Part shown: one piece after another, positions 27,711-41,967 of the stretch
How the letters are laid out: every line of letters begins with the position of its first letter
Numbering within the stretch: the first letter of the stretch is position 1
Assembly (NCBI GenBank): GCA_964016885.1
Contig: OZ024755.1
Coordinates: 10,788,001-10,852,000, forward strand
Direction: 5' to 3'
From: Eledone cirrhosa
Lineage: Eukaryota
Length of the DNA stretch: 64,000 bases
Position numbers and translations under genes: made by a program
The notes under the pieces: model-generated
What the model was told of the DNA's origin: nothing
The model's input: the letters and a program-made list of their open reading frames with translations, nothing else
Database searches by the model: none

Positions 27711-29318
27711 CGTTTATATGTTAATTTTTTTGTTTTGTTCATCTTTTTATGTTCGTTTTTTGTATACTGGTGTCGTTTACTACGGGTAAATGTTGACAGA
27801 ATCCTGCAAATGAAATATCTCTCTCCCTGACGTTAATATAATTGGGGGCCAACCAAGTTTGCATAATAAAACAATTTACTTGATTCCATGACTCACGCAG
27901 CCAATCAAAGTAAAGCGGACGTAACAAATGTAAAAACTGTGTAATCTGAGAAAACAAACTTTTGTTGTTGTTGGTGGTGGTGTTAGTGTTTTTTCTCTAT
28001 ATGTGTGTATCTGTATTTTTCGTTTTTGTTTGTGTGTGTGGAGGGGCCGATATCTCTCTTTCCCCCTTTTTTTATTTCCATCTTCCCATTGCTCTGCTAT
28101 TTTCTCTATCTCCTCTATCCCTCTCTCCCTCATTCTCTCATCTCTCTTGTTCGCTCTTCTCTGTTTGTCGGTCTCTCTTCTGGCTAATTCTTCCGCTCTC
28201 TCTCTTTCCTTCCTATTTCTATCCTCTTTAATGTCACGTCTTCCATCTCGCTCCTCTTTCTCCCCCCCTCTCTTTACTTCTCTCTCTATATATAGCTCTC
28301 TCTCTTTACCTCTCTCTACATCTCTCTCTCTCTCTCCAACCCCCCTCAGTTTTCTCACTCTCACGTAAACTACTATTTGCTTGACATTGCATGTCGTTTT
28401 CCTTTCGTATTTAGTATTCCTATAATCTTTATTTTCACTCTTACACAACAATCGCCATTTTGTTTTCTCTGTGTGTTCGTGTGTGGTAGTGTCTGTATAT
28501 ATGTGTGTGTGTGAGGGAGAGAGAGAAAGAGTGTGTGAGTGTGTGTGTGTTTAGTTTTTTTTATCATACCGATGTCTAATAAACGGATTTAATGTATGAT
28601 TGATTTGTTCTTTTTTCTCTTCTTTTTTTATATTTTAGATTCCATTTGTCTTTTCAAAAGCCCAATACATTTTGCTTCTGTTTACTTTATTTGTTCCTAA
28701 TTTATCTTTCGTTAAAATAATAAAACAATAAAATAAAGGAATAAATGAAGTATAATAAATAGCAGTACAAATGTATATAGCTATGCATCATTGTGATTCT
28801 ACACAAATGATACTTAAATGAATACCAACACTTTCGTTGATATAAGCAACTCGTGCTTGTTAACTTCTGCTGGTAAGGCAGCAAATTGGGAGAATCATTA
28901 GAACACCGGATAGAATAATCTCAAGTATTCTTCCCGGCTTCTGTACACAGCGTTCATATAATCCCACATAAGTCAACTTTGCATTTCACACTTCGAGGTC
29001 AATACTTCTTGTCTCTCTCGCTCTCTCGCTCTCTCGCTCTCACTCTCTCTCTCTCTCCTTATTCTGTTTTAAGGACTTGACTCCATTTATACTTGAAAAG
29101 GAATTGGCTAGCATGTGTTGTTACTGTAGCACTAAGTAAACCGCTGAGTGCATATCATGATTAATGTTAAATAAAATATGATGATGGCCGGAACAAGAAG
29201 AGAAAGAACGCAGATTGAAAGTTATAAAGGACTGGGAAATCTCAACGATCCAAGTGATCTAATCAAAGAATTGTTTATATTAAACTCTTCTTTACTATAC
29301 ACTCTGTAGTCTCTCTGT

Positions 29319-29423
<105 letters not shown>

Positions 29424-30924
29424 GTAATCACGATTGGTTGTGCTATAAATTATTAGAAAATATTTGAAATTTGAAAATGTAGTCGTCATCCTCCCATCAT
29501 AATTTTATATACAAACCTTTGTTAAGTAATATCCCTCACTTAATTATCATGGGGGTGACTATAATGATAATTGATAAATCGGATAGAGAACCTTTGGGGA
29601 CTGAAAAACTTGACAGAGAAACCTATAGGGCATCTAATCAAGCATTTATCTTTTGTATATATTGTTCTTATTTCTACTTCACGCATTACAAAGATGCGTC
29701 TTCGAAGGAAAATATGGATAAGAAGGAAACCTAAATGAGATAACAATCAAGCTTATCTTAAAATCAAACTCCCCAATTTCACTCACAAGACTATGTAAAA
29801 CACAAGACACTTCTCAAAATGTCACGGGTTGAAATCGAACCCGGAACCTTATGATTGCAACATGAACTTCTTAAGTTTAAGTATCTTGATCATAGATCCC
29901 TATGTAATCAGTGAACAGCATAGGAATAGTTGGCAATCTTCCATCGTATTGATGTCGTCAAAAGAATTAAATAAAAGACCAGGCCAAAACCTCCTAAGAC
30001 CTCAACTGCCAATAAACCTATCATGGATGTATTTATTACTTACCAACTGAACTACGGAGCAATCCACACATAGAAAATAGTAAAAGATGCCTTTGATTTC
30101 CACAGTTGTATGATTAAAGCTGATACTGTCTCCGTGTGTCAAAGTCTCATTTCATGTAAAATGAAATTACATGAAAGCCACTAAAGATAAAATGAGAATA
30201 TACAAGTGAATAATTAAATGACTAATAATAATAATAATAATAATAATAACAACAATAGTAATCCAATAAAATAACACAAAGCACATTACACATGTCGTAC
30301 ACAGCAGAACAAACACTAGAGTAGCGTAAGAAACAAGCTAAGCCCCATAACAAAACAAAGATGTTACCGACCACTAAAGGGAGGAGTCTATACATCTGCC
30401 ACAAACACACATGTACAAGAATAAGAAGGTGCAATGTTGTACATATCTGAGGAACATGGAATTGTAACAAGAGAAGTAGTAGAAAATTGCATGACACTGC
30501 TAATGAAAAAAAAATAGTAGTAGTAGTAGTAGTAGTAAAATGTAATGATTCTATAGAAATATGTTGATCCAACTTGCATTGATCTTCGTGACTTTGATAG
30601 GGGGCAATGAAGACACAGTCGTGAATCATAAGTGAAACAAACGATGTAATCGAACAGAAAGATACATATATATATGTGTGTGTGTGTATGTGTGTGTGTG
30701 TGTGTCTCTGTCTGTCTGTGTGTCTATGTGTGTATTTGTCCATATAATCACATTCTCAGACACCAACAGACGAGTATAATACAACAAAGGATGATTTATG
30801 ATTAAACAACTGAGTCATGCAAATTCATGAAACACGGACACACACACACACACACATGTCTATTAATTTACCTACCTAACTATCTATCTATCTATCTATC
30901 TATATGTCTGTCTATCAATTTCTC

Positions 30925-31031
<107 letters not shown>

Positions 31032-31310
31032 TGTTATTTTGATATTGCGATTGAAAAACAACCAAAACAAAAAAGTAATGAGGAGGAAAGGAAATCATGT
31101 ACGTAATTCTACTATTCCTATATTCCTCTATTCCATTATACCATTATTGCATTATTCGTTGTAAAACATAGAATTTGTTGAGGAGACAAGGACAAGTAGG
31201 AATTAATGGTCCTGCAAGATTGCTGCTGCAGAATAAGACAATGGTGCAGAACACGCTACAACAAACGTTAATTTGATAGGGAAAAAAACAAATGTCACAC
31301 ACACACGAAT

Positions 31311-31346
<36 letters not shown>

Positions 31347-31713
31347 TTAAAATGTATATATATATATATAAAATGTATATATATATATATAAAATGTATA
31401 TATATATATATATAAAATGTATATATATATATATATAAAATGTATATATATATATATATATATAAAATGTATATATATATATATAAAATGTATATATATA
31501 TGTATATATATATATATATAATGTATATAAAATGTATATATATATGTATATATAATGTATATATATATGTATATATAATGTATATATATATCTATATATA
31601 ATGTATATATATAATGTATATATATACATTATATATATATACATTATATATATATATATATATATATATAATGTGTATACATATATATATGTATGCCTAT
31701 GTGTGTATGTGTA

Positions 31714-31762
<49 letters not shown>

Positions 31763-32218
31763 AGAGAGAGAGAGAGGTGGGAGATCTAGAGAGAGAGGTG
31801 GGAGTTATACATGTCTGAACAGAATAAAACCTTTGGACGGTGTAGTAATGTGTGGTTCTTTTCGTGTTGAACGATTTATGGTCTTGATAGATGGATTTTG
31901 GCATCTGTTGATTTGGTGAATGTTGATTGGTGGTTGGTCTACTGGAGAAGGAAAGGCAAGGGGAAGGGTGTCAGTGGGCGAACGAGAAAGGAAATGTTGC
32001 AGAGAACGAGGGAGACGGTGAGACACGAATGAATGATTTGATGATCGTATAGCGGAATGGACGAATAAACAAATATTTGAATGAGTAAGTGTATGACAGA
32101 ATAAATTGGTATAGATATTGGTGAAAGACTATGTGAATAACGGAATGATTGAACGAATTAAAGAATATATGATCACGTGTTAATGAACGAATAAATACAA
32201 AGATCTTTCATTGAATGA

Positions 32219-32356
32219 ATGAATAGAATAATTGTTTCTACTATTGGCACAAGGCCAGCAATAAACCAGTACATTACTGGTACTTTATTTTATCGACCCG
32301 TAAGGATGAAAGGCAAAGTTAACCTCGGCGGGATTTGAACACATGAATAGAATAAT
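32219..32356 (-). mobile_element. 5'-truncated SINE family A with 14-bp TSD
   Basis: TSD ATGAATAGAATAAT at 32219-32232 and 32343-32356. Confidence 0.9.
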
Positions 32357-32518
32357 GATAGAAGAAAAGAACGAATAATATATATAACTGAAAAGATGCC
32401 TGCATCAATAAATCGAAGTATAGGTGAATGAACGAATACTTCAGTGAATGAAGGAATCAATGAATGAAAAAATGAGTCAACAATCTCAAGACCAAACGAA
32501 AGAGTATATGAATGAATG

Positions 32519-32634
32519 GTGAAATATACGAAGGATCCATTGAATGTGTGAAATATCCGAAGGATTCCATGAATGTGTGAAATGTACCAAGGATTCATTG
32601 AATGTGTGAAATGTACGAAGAATTCATTGAATGT
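32519..32634. repeat. 29-bp minisatellite x4
   Basis: Unit approximately GTGAAATRTACGAAGGATTCATTGAATGT repeated four times with no spacers. Confidence 0.92.
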
Positions 32635-33046
32635 GTGCAATACATAAATAACTTATTGAACAAGTTAATTAAATTAATAGATATAAGAAAGATTCACTGA
32701 ATGAATGAATCACGAAATAAAAGAATAGTGGAATTACAGAATAAATAGGCGAACGATTGCGTTGAATGAGTGAATTAATAAATGAACAAAAGGAAAAGAA
32801 TCAGACTGATCGAAGTGTCAATTTATTGATCAGCTGATTGATGAAGTGACTAATTTATGAACTAACAACTTATTTAATTCATGCATAAAGAGTGAGAGAG
32901 ATGGAAGAGATTACAGCTACACATACACATATAGATAGATAAGTAGATATAGAGATATCATATATATATATATATATATATAGTGGTAGAACACTGGAAG
33001 GTAATATCCGTAGTGGTAGAGCACTCAGTCCATGGGACGTGTTAGG

Positions 33047-33132
33047 TAGAAGTGATTACACAACAGTTAGTTCACGATACCGAGAACTATTGTTCTCGGT
33101 ATGGTGAACTAACTGTTGTGTAACCACTTCTA
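33047..33132. repeat. Hairpin, 41-bp arms, 4-nt loop, between TA tracts
   Basis: TAGAAGTGATTACACAACAGTTAGTTCACGATACCGAGAAC-TATT-reverse complement with 2 mismatches. Confidence 0.93.
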
Positions 33133-33261
33133 TATATATATATATAATAGGTGAGATAGTAATGGAGATACTTGGTGGACACAGAATTATGCATAAAAAC
33201 AAACACAATCTACAGTGAATAATGTCAATGCTGGGTTTTGTTACTCTGGTGTTTTACCTAT

Positions 33262-33339
<78 letters not shown>

Positions 33340-34280
33340 CGTAGGTTTGTAGATTTATGGCAATATAATTCCAACTTGAAGCCAACCAATACATGCATAC
33401 ATATATATATATATATATATATTAAACGTGTGTGTGTTTGCGTGTGTCATTTTTTTCTTAGGCTGATGTGAAATGAGATCGTATGTATCACCTGTTTCAT
33501 ATTTTTGCGACTGAAATATTATCATTATTGCGATGAATTCCTAGATGACCATAGATAGCAGGTTTTTATCGATTTCTTTTGGTTTTACTTTTATCCATTA
33601 TTCTCAACAGTATGAATGATGATGTGAGTTAAGAAAGATAACACCAAATAAAAGCATATCTAAAACAAACCGTTTGCCATCACCCCAGAGTACTCAGTAG
33701 TAAATAAACGAGGTCCTACTCAACCAGTATATGAGTGGCTCTTACTTTATCACTCTTAAGAATTTGAAATGGAAAATAAATGCCGTAGATACTTGAACAA
33801 GAAATGTAAGACGAATTCCACCTACCATTCATCATTTGTGTCAACTATATAACTTTTCTGTGTACTTGGCGCTAAAATAATGAGTGCTTACTGACTGAAT
33901 AAGAATATATCTGCGGAATAAGATTGTGTGACTACCATGTTATAATAAAGGTTATTTGCAGTGCCAATAATGCTGAATAGCTACAGCGGTAAAATATAGA
34001 ATACTTCATTTCTAATGAGCGACTCTTGCCAATAAAGAGATAATAATTTATGTAACTTGTATAGAATATCTTTGTCAATCTTTATTTGTTTCGTAATATA
34101 AATTACGTTGATTTCTTGTGAGTTAGATAAAGCTTAAATCTTAAATATTAAGAGAAGAAATAGATTAGATGATATCCACCAAAATATATTACTGGATTGT
34201 GCATTATAGTTTTTGCTTTTATTCTTCCTAGTTGCAAGACTAACGGAATCAACATTAATCTCTGAACGAGAACACCAATC

Positions 34281-34715
34281 AATAATTGTTCCCCAATTTA
34301 GCACAAGTCCAGCAATTTGAGAAGAGGGGGAAACCTATTAAATCGACTCCAGTATGTGGCTGGTACTTTATATTATTGGCCTCAGAAGGATGCAAGTCAA
34401 AATTGACCTCAAAGGTGTATCAACTCAGAGTTAAAGAGCCGTAACTAAATACAACGAAGCATTTATCAGGCGCTCTACCGATTCTGCCAATCTACCGCAC
34501 TTATAGCTAAATAATTATTTCTAATTTTGGCACAAGGCCAGCAATTTGAGGGAAAAGGGAAAGTTAATTACATAGATCCTAGTGGGTTACTGGTATTTTA
34601 TCATATCGGCCCTGTAATGAAGAAAGGTAAAGCTAAACTCGGTGGGATATGAACTCTGAACGTAACGAGCTGTAACTATATGTCACAAATTATATTGTCC
34701 GACGCTCTACCGTTA
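34281..34715 (-). mobile_element. Two tandem near-full-length SINE family A copies
   Basis: Reverse complement of 17-235 at ~34281-34498 and ~34511-34715. Confidence 0.8.
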
Positions 34716-36585
34716 CAGACGATAAATAATACAAATGCATGTAATTGGGTGGCTCTTTGTATCTTTTCTCTAACGTTTAAAAGGAAGTTATAATACGGCC
34801 ACTACACAGTTGATAGATTTGTTAGAAATAGCAGTCAATTATTCCTCAAATCACACTATAACTTTTAATAAAAAGTATGTATACTTTGAATAGTGTAATC
34901 TTTAATACAATGTGCCTAAAAAATAAACGGGGTGGTTTTGGCATTAGTTCATGTCTCCTTAATCAAAACTGACCTAGGGCTATAAAACAAATTTAGAGAA
35001 CTAACATCTATCCCATCTCCAATGAGAAGCGAACTTCTTAAACATTCTGCTATACTACGGCCAATATGTAGAAATACTAAAGTGAAGACATAACTCTGAT
35101 AAGGCAATAAAGAGTATTGTATTAGGACTGAACTTTGTTTACTTCCTAGACAAAGCACACCAATGCACCCACATATATCAGCAAGTTTACTGGAATAAAG
35201 CCAATCCAGTCATCACTGTCTACCCAAAAAACTCAACTACAATAATCAGATGATAAACAATCTTTCATTCCTACTTTCAGCCATCTAACCATATGATCAC
35301 TCACACACCAATGAACAAACCCACACTAACTGCCACTTCAATAGACAATGCCACACTCACACATCAATGAATAAAACCACATACAGTCAGCAACGAAAAC
35401 ACACACATACATATACAGACACTAATGAGCATAGTAACATACTCATTCATCTATGTACACAACGCACATACATACTTACATATAAAAGGACAAAACAGCA
35501 GACACGCATAAATGGACAGAAAATTGTCACACACTAATGGACGGAAGAACACACATACACCACTGAGTATGGAAACATACATGCATCTCCATACACACAC
35601 ACACAACAATGAACAAACCTCCACAAACACCGATGGACAAAAAACCGTCACACACCAATGAACACGATAATACACTTTATCATGCATACAGACACACTCA
35701 CACACACAACAATGAACATTTCATCACACACACACTAATGTGCAGAAAACCATCACACACCAATGAACACGATAATACACTCTACCACACACTCACACAC
35801 GTACACACACACGCACACACATACACAAACTAAGGAACAAAATAATACACACACACAAATGCATTCACACACGAATACATACACACATGCACACGCACAT
35901 ACACATACCAATGAACTAAAAAATACACACATACACACACATACAGAAGCAATCACATACAAATACACAAACATACACTCACTCATCCCAATAAACAAAA
36001 CAATTTCACTGACTTCAAAAAAACCCAGTAGAAACACTTCCGCTATAAATCATAATAGCAGAATTACAGAATTCGATAACAACCCATTCACCATCAGTGA
36101 TATTTCAGTGCAAGCTAGCAATACAACAATAGATATCCCACACTCACCTAACCATAAACAACTATATTCTTAAATGAAAGAAATGCAAACTCGGTTCAAC
36201 TCCATCACCTAGCCCTCTGTTATATGTACCCAGATCAGGTCTCTGATTTGATGAAACCTTGTTCTCACTCTTTCATCTCAGAGGCGTTGAAAATGACCCG
36301 TATGGACTGCTCTTCTTAGTGCCCAATGCTATTCCTCCGATGTGCATCTATTTAATCAAAATAAAATAATTTCAGCTTTCAGTTTGGAACGTTGATCAGT
36401 CCAGTTTCGTCACTTCTTGCTCTGATCAAAAAAAAAAAGTATTAAGCCTTTATTTGCTCCTATATAGTTTAAACTTACGTTAAATCATACGATTGGTCAT
36501 AATCACAACTGATATGCCCAGAATGCTGTAAATATGTTTATTGTATACTTATTGATCGCAGGAAGTTATTATTATTAACATTATC

Positions 36586-36650
<65 letters not shown>

Positions 36651-36652
<2 letters not shown>

Positions 36653-36920
36653 TCATATTGTTGTAATAATATTGCCAGAAATAATAACAGAACACACTCA
36701 CTGTTTGGTTGGTTTTCGCTTCTGTATCTTTTATATCTCCACAGTTAATTCATTTCGTCCTCAATGTTTTTCATTGACTGACCAACGGTCAAAAATACAG
36801 ATATAATATAGATATAAACACATATATATATAGTCTAACAAAGTTCTTTCGTTGCACATCTGCAACATCATCAGTGGTACTATTATGCTCCTCCTGATGT
36901 ATTGTATGTCTACGCCATTT
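36651..36920 (-). mobile_element. Dispersed element with hammerhead-core remnant (copy 2 of 4833-5125)
   Basis: Minus strand 36847-36877 reads CCA-CTGATGA-T-GTTGCA-GATG-TGCAAC-GAAA; begins right after a (TA)n tract. Confidence 0.7.
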
Positions 36921-38784
36921 TTATTTTATCTGTTTATTTATTTATTTATTTTTGTCTTCTTCAAAACATCTGGACCAAACCACAAATTAAGAATGTCCTA
37001 ATTCGTAAACAATACACATAGGAAATTGAAGCCAACTATAGCCTACAAGGCCTACACTATATTTGAAACTCCATCTATTTTAAGTTTCAGTAAAGTACCT
37101 TTCTGAGGTCTGCGCTCTATACAGCTGCCATGTTGGCCTTGGTGGTAGTGCTTTCATGGCCATTCTCACTCTGAGTAAAATGAGGGAAAAATGAATATCA
37201 AATAGGAAGAGTAAATGTACAAATACGATAGAGGAATAGATGTAGTGAGTTAATAACCTACAGAAAGAGATGTGTAGAAGAGGAAAGAAGTTAGAACCGA
37301 AGGCATGAAAGTAGAAGTGTGTTTGGTAAGAAAAATAAAGACAGATTGACTGGTAGTTGGACAGGAATATATATGTAAATAAATAGAATAAGGAATCAAT
37401 GAGACGGTCTCACTGGTAGACAGGGAGAGAGTATATTATCAAGAGACTGTTGACAAACAACGGATATAACGGACTGATAATATTGGACTGACGGCACGTA
37501 ATAAAACAGTAGTGTGTGTGGGTGTGTAGATATATAAGAGTGGATGGGAGTGCGTGTGTGGGGGATTATAATTAAGAATGTATTTGGAAAGCCGGTACAA
37601 TGCGAATAAGAAATATAATGGTTTTTACACGTTTCATAATATTTCAAAGATAGCTCTTTTTCAAATATAGAATGAAGGAAAATCGGTGCAACTTCTTTCA
37701 AGCTATTCTTCATTGATGTTTTGTAGGAAGGCGACATATACAGATCGATCACAATAGTCAGCTCCATGTAACTGAAATCTGTTATTATTACTAGATGTAT
37801 ACCTGTTGAGAAGAGGTGCCTCTTTGATCCGCAAATTATCAATGTTCCTCTCACCGGTTTCTATGGTAACCTCAATATCTCGTGTGTGTGTGTGTGTTTC
37901 AGACCTGCGTCAGTTACGATAAGGGGTGTTTTAGATATTCGAACAAAGGTACAGCTGGCTCTTGAAATTGATGTGAATTTGGTTAATTATTGCATAGAAA
38001 CGTGTACCCTAACCATAAGTCTCAGTGTAACAAAGACGTGAGAGATGCAACTAGTTTGAGGGGAATATGGCAATGAGAAGTATAGTGTCTTGTAATCGAA
38101 CTCTCAATCGGGTGTCGAAAACCATAAAATCTAAGTCATCTTGCTATAAGTTATAATAGTTTATGTTTTACAGTTAACGATCAGCTGATGACAGATACTC
38201 TACATAGAGTAAAGTGGTAAGTTATTACAATTTCATCAATAAAATGTAGTTACTCGCATTACACGTTTCGCTATATGCAACTGAACAACAGTAGTTGTAA
38301 AAAGCTCTTCCGCTAAAATTGCATTAGATATAAATGTTTGTTTTTTTATTGACATACTAATGGGTGTGTGCATGTGTGAGTGTGAGTGTGTGTGTGCATG
38401 TGTGTGAGTGTGTGCGTGTGTTGTGTGTTTCATAAGGTATCTATCAATGAGTACAAATTGATGGAGAGGGAGACCTACATTTTTGACATGCAAATAATAT
38501 AGTGCTGGTGGCGTATGTGGTTGATTAAGGGGGAGTAGATGATTCAGAACGTTGTGAATTCAACATTTCAGAGATTTATACTAATCATTGCAGCGTTGAC
38601 CATACTAATGTTAATGTTGATGATTGTACATATTATATATAGTCTTTCTAGTATGGCTTCTTAAAATGTGTACATACTATTGAAATATCACGGGGCTTCT
38701 CTGTTGGATATGATATATCTCAGCAACGCTAACTCTCCAGCCTTAGATCTACTCAATCAATGTTACATACATACGTATATACTT

Positions 38785-38906
<122 letters not shown>

Positions 38907-39066
38907 AGAGGCATTTTCTCAAATATTTATAGTACGTATTTCTTTCTCAACGCGAGGGAACGGCCATGTGTGTGTGGTGTGTGCCTGATTGCGTGAATGT
39001 ATGTGTGTGTATGTGTCTATCTGTCCGTGTGTGTATGTATGTGTGTAGGAGAGTGAGAGAATGAAA

Positions 39067-39160
39067 GAGCGCAGAGCTTAGTGCTTAGAGCGTTATGTTC
39101 ACAACCATAAGTTTGTGAGCTTCATTCCTGGACCGACCGTTGTGTTGTATCCTTGATTAA
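39067..39160 (+). mobile_element. Degenerate tRNA-derived SINE head
   Basis: GCGCAGAGCTTAGTGCTTAGAG...TTCATTCCTGGACC...TGTGTTGTATCCTTGA, similar to the head of the 57505-57711 element. Confidence 0.55.
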
Positions 39161-40615
39161 GTGCAGTTAATCAAAATTGGCTTTCTGTGTCCGTCCCTAA
39201 TAGCTTTTTTGTATTAAAATGTTTGACACTGTCCCGTCAATTAATACAAGACCAGCATTGCGTAAAAATTATAACTTACTTAATCGATAAAATATTGAAC
39301 GATATAACAAATACAAAGTCGTAGTATCTAATGGGATCTAATGGGTGCTCCAGATTGGCTGCAGTCCAACAACTAAAGACCGTAGAGGAATTCAAGAATT
39401 AAAAAAATATGTGTTTATATGCGAGTTTGACTATATGAGTGTGTATATGTGGTCGAGATATTTTGTGTGTGTGAGTGTGTGTGTAACTGAATGAAATACA
39501 GTCAAATTAATTGCAACACATCTATTAGTCATTTAATAAATTTCTTTGTTTTGGTATAATTTCCTTATAAATTCCGTTTGTTTATTTTCATTATTTTTCA
39601 CCCAATAATTTTAACTATCTCTTTTCCTTCTTTAAATTAATTCAATAACCGGTTTCCGGTTTCATTTCCTTTCACTTCCTGCTAATTAATCCATTCAGAT
39701 TCACTCGTGCAATCCACCCACCTCTTCACCAACACTGATTCTGGCATATTTGTTATTCCGCCATTGCTGATATACATCATGATTTGTTATATTAACCCTT
39801 TTGATACCAACCCTACAAATTCGATCCTAGTTCTATGAAGCCAAAACTTCTATATAATGGATTCCTATTCAAATTAAAATACTCCAATATAATTTGACAA
39901 TTAGATACATAAGTGCTTTTTTAAAGTTATGTTTGAAATAACATCATTAAATGGTTAACCATTTTCATTAATTCTTCCATATTCTGGCCGTATGGTTCTA
40001 TGGATCAAAATTACCCATTTTATTGGGTTCATGTTTAAATTATAATCGACCAACATAGTAGTACTAGTAGTAGTAGTAGTAGTAGTAGTAGCAGTAGTAG
40101 TAGCAGTAGTAGTAGTAGTAGTAGCTGAGCTGTTTAGATACTCATGAAATCAATTACAGGCTGCCATTGTTTTTATGTTTTAACATTTTTTTAATGTTTT
40201 GTTTGTTTTTCATTTTTGTTCAGACCAGTTCAACCATAATGGACAATACCGAATAGCAATAGATTAACTTTTCGCAACTTATTTCTTCTAAGGTACAACA
40301 ATAAGATGTTCCACATCTACTTACATATTTCCTTAACCACACTTGTTAACTTAATTACGTTCGTCGCCATATTTATATCTGTCACAACTTCACCAACTAA
40401 TCAGATGTCATAGTCATACAGTTATAATCTCCTCCATATTTCGTCGATTTCAAAGGCTCTGTGTTTCTGTAAACGTAAAAGCAATTTTCCTTCGTCTTTG
40501 CCACAATCGACACTACATTATGATGCCTGTTCTCCCGGTAATTATTATGCCTAATAAGCTGATGCTACCATGAACACTAATAATGTATAAACTACAGTTA
40601 ATCAAAAGAACGTAC

Positions 40616-40915
40616 TTCTTTTTCGCCCATTTATTCCTGAGAGAGCCGTTGGGGCAGAATCTTCAAACACTCCCTCTAGCGGGTCCTATCAGAAGAAACC
40701 GTCTCCAAAGGATCTGATTGGATTTCCAAGCGAAACCATCCAGGCTTGTGGATGTTATCGAACCATATTAGTCGAGGTCTAGCCCTGGGTCTTCTGCTGG
40801 TTGATTTTTATCATAATATCCGTCCAACGACTTTTTCCTGAGACGTCATAACCACATGCCCATTGCATCGTTGCTGTGATCTCTCAATTCGATAAAGACG
40901 GAAGCCAATTCCACT
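40616..40915 (-). mobile_element. Decayed 3' end of an RTE-clade (Rex3/Expander-like) LINE
   Basis: Minus-strand translation approximately YRIERSQQRCNGHVV...RRPRARPRLIWFDNIHKPGWFRLEI..., matching the RTE C-terminal pattern (IERSQLRWxGH...RPRGRPRxxWxD) with stops. Confidence 0.7.
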
Positions 40916-41228
40916 GATTGGATCCGATCTTGCGAGAAATCATTCACAGGAGTGTGCCTCAAACATTATAGTTTTATCACATTCGCTGAATGTTTATCTT
41001 TTAATTCTATATATATATATGCGTGTGTGTGTGTATAAATATATAAGTATGTGTATTTTGCATGTCTAGCGATAAATGTTTATTCGTACACATACGCTAT
41101 ATTGCTAGATATACAAAATACACACACACACACATGTATATATATGTATGTAAATCAAAATGAATTCAGTTTGAAACTGGTCAAACCATTACTCAATAGA
41201 GTAGTCAGTATTTGGGGTAGTTGACATT

Positions 41229-41267
<39 letters not shown>

Positions 41268-41269
<2 letters not shown>

Positions 41270-41445
41270 CTTCTACAAGACTAGAAATGTTTCATTCGGG
41301 AGAAATCATCATGAAGCCCTGATGATTTCTCCTGAATGAAACAGTTCTAGTTCTGTAGAAGCCTTTTCTTTATTAAATATTTATACTCTGCTTTCTATTG
41401 AGTACCTTACTTACTGAGGTTACCCCCGATTGAACCCGGCATAAA
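41268..41445. mobile_element. Fold-back copy of HHR element family 2 with two opposed hammerhead motifs (41268-41318 minus; 41319-41363 plus)
   Basis: Plus: CTGATGA-TTTC-TCCT-GAAT-GAAA-CAG-TTCTAGTT-CTG-TA-GAAGCC. Minus: GGCTTC-ATGATGA-TTTC-TCCC-GAAT-GAAA-CA...TG-TA-GAAGCC. Starts at a (TA)n tract. Confidence 0.75.
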
Positions 41446-41559
41446 CTTATATATCAATATACAATATGTTTACGAATAAACATATATCGCGAGATATACT
41501 AAATACACATACTTATATGTATACAGCTATTTGAAGCGAACACTTTACACACACACACA

Positions 41560-41632
<73 letters not shown>

Positions 41633-41633
<1 letters not shown>

Positions 41634-41967
41634 GGGCGAGTAAAATTCCCGAGATCCATGGACGAGTTCTCTCCAGCGGTCTCTGTCCCTCTTTACCGCT
41701 GCCATGTCCTGCGTCTCGAACAGACCAGTGTCTGTCCTTAGGCCATCAACATACGTTAACCTTTGGTCTTCCTCTTCTAGTGCGTCCATGCAGGGGCTCC
41801 CACAGGAGCACTGAGTGCAGTGTCGACTCTGGATGTCGGTGAGCATGTCCAGCTAACCTCAGTCTTCTCTGTGTCACTTTTGAGCTGACTTTTGGGAGGC
41901 TCCCATACAGCTGTGAGTTTTTCATCCTCAATGTATACTGATTAATGTTCAGAGCCATCCTCAGCAT
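41633..41967 (-). mobile_element. RTE-clade LINE, non-inverted 3' segment
   Basis: MLRMALNI...RRLRLAGHAHRHPE...LLWEP.HGRTRRGRP, then frameshift to RLTYVDGLRTDTG...DRDRWRELV; ends at (TA)n. Confidence 0.9.

Noticed and set aside
32519-32634. 29-bp repeats resembling a CRISPR array
   Set aside because: No unique spacers, no cas genes, eukaryotic context; a plain minisatellite.
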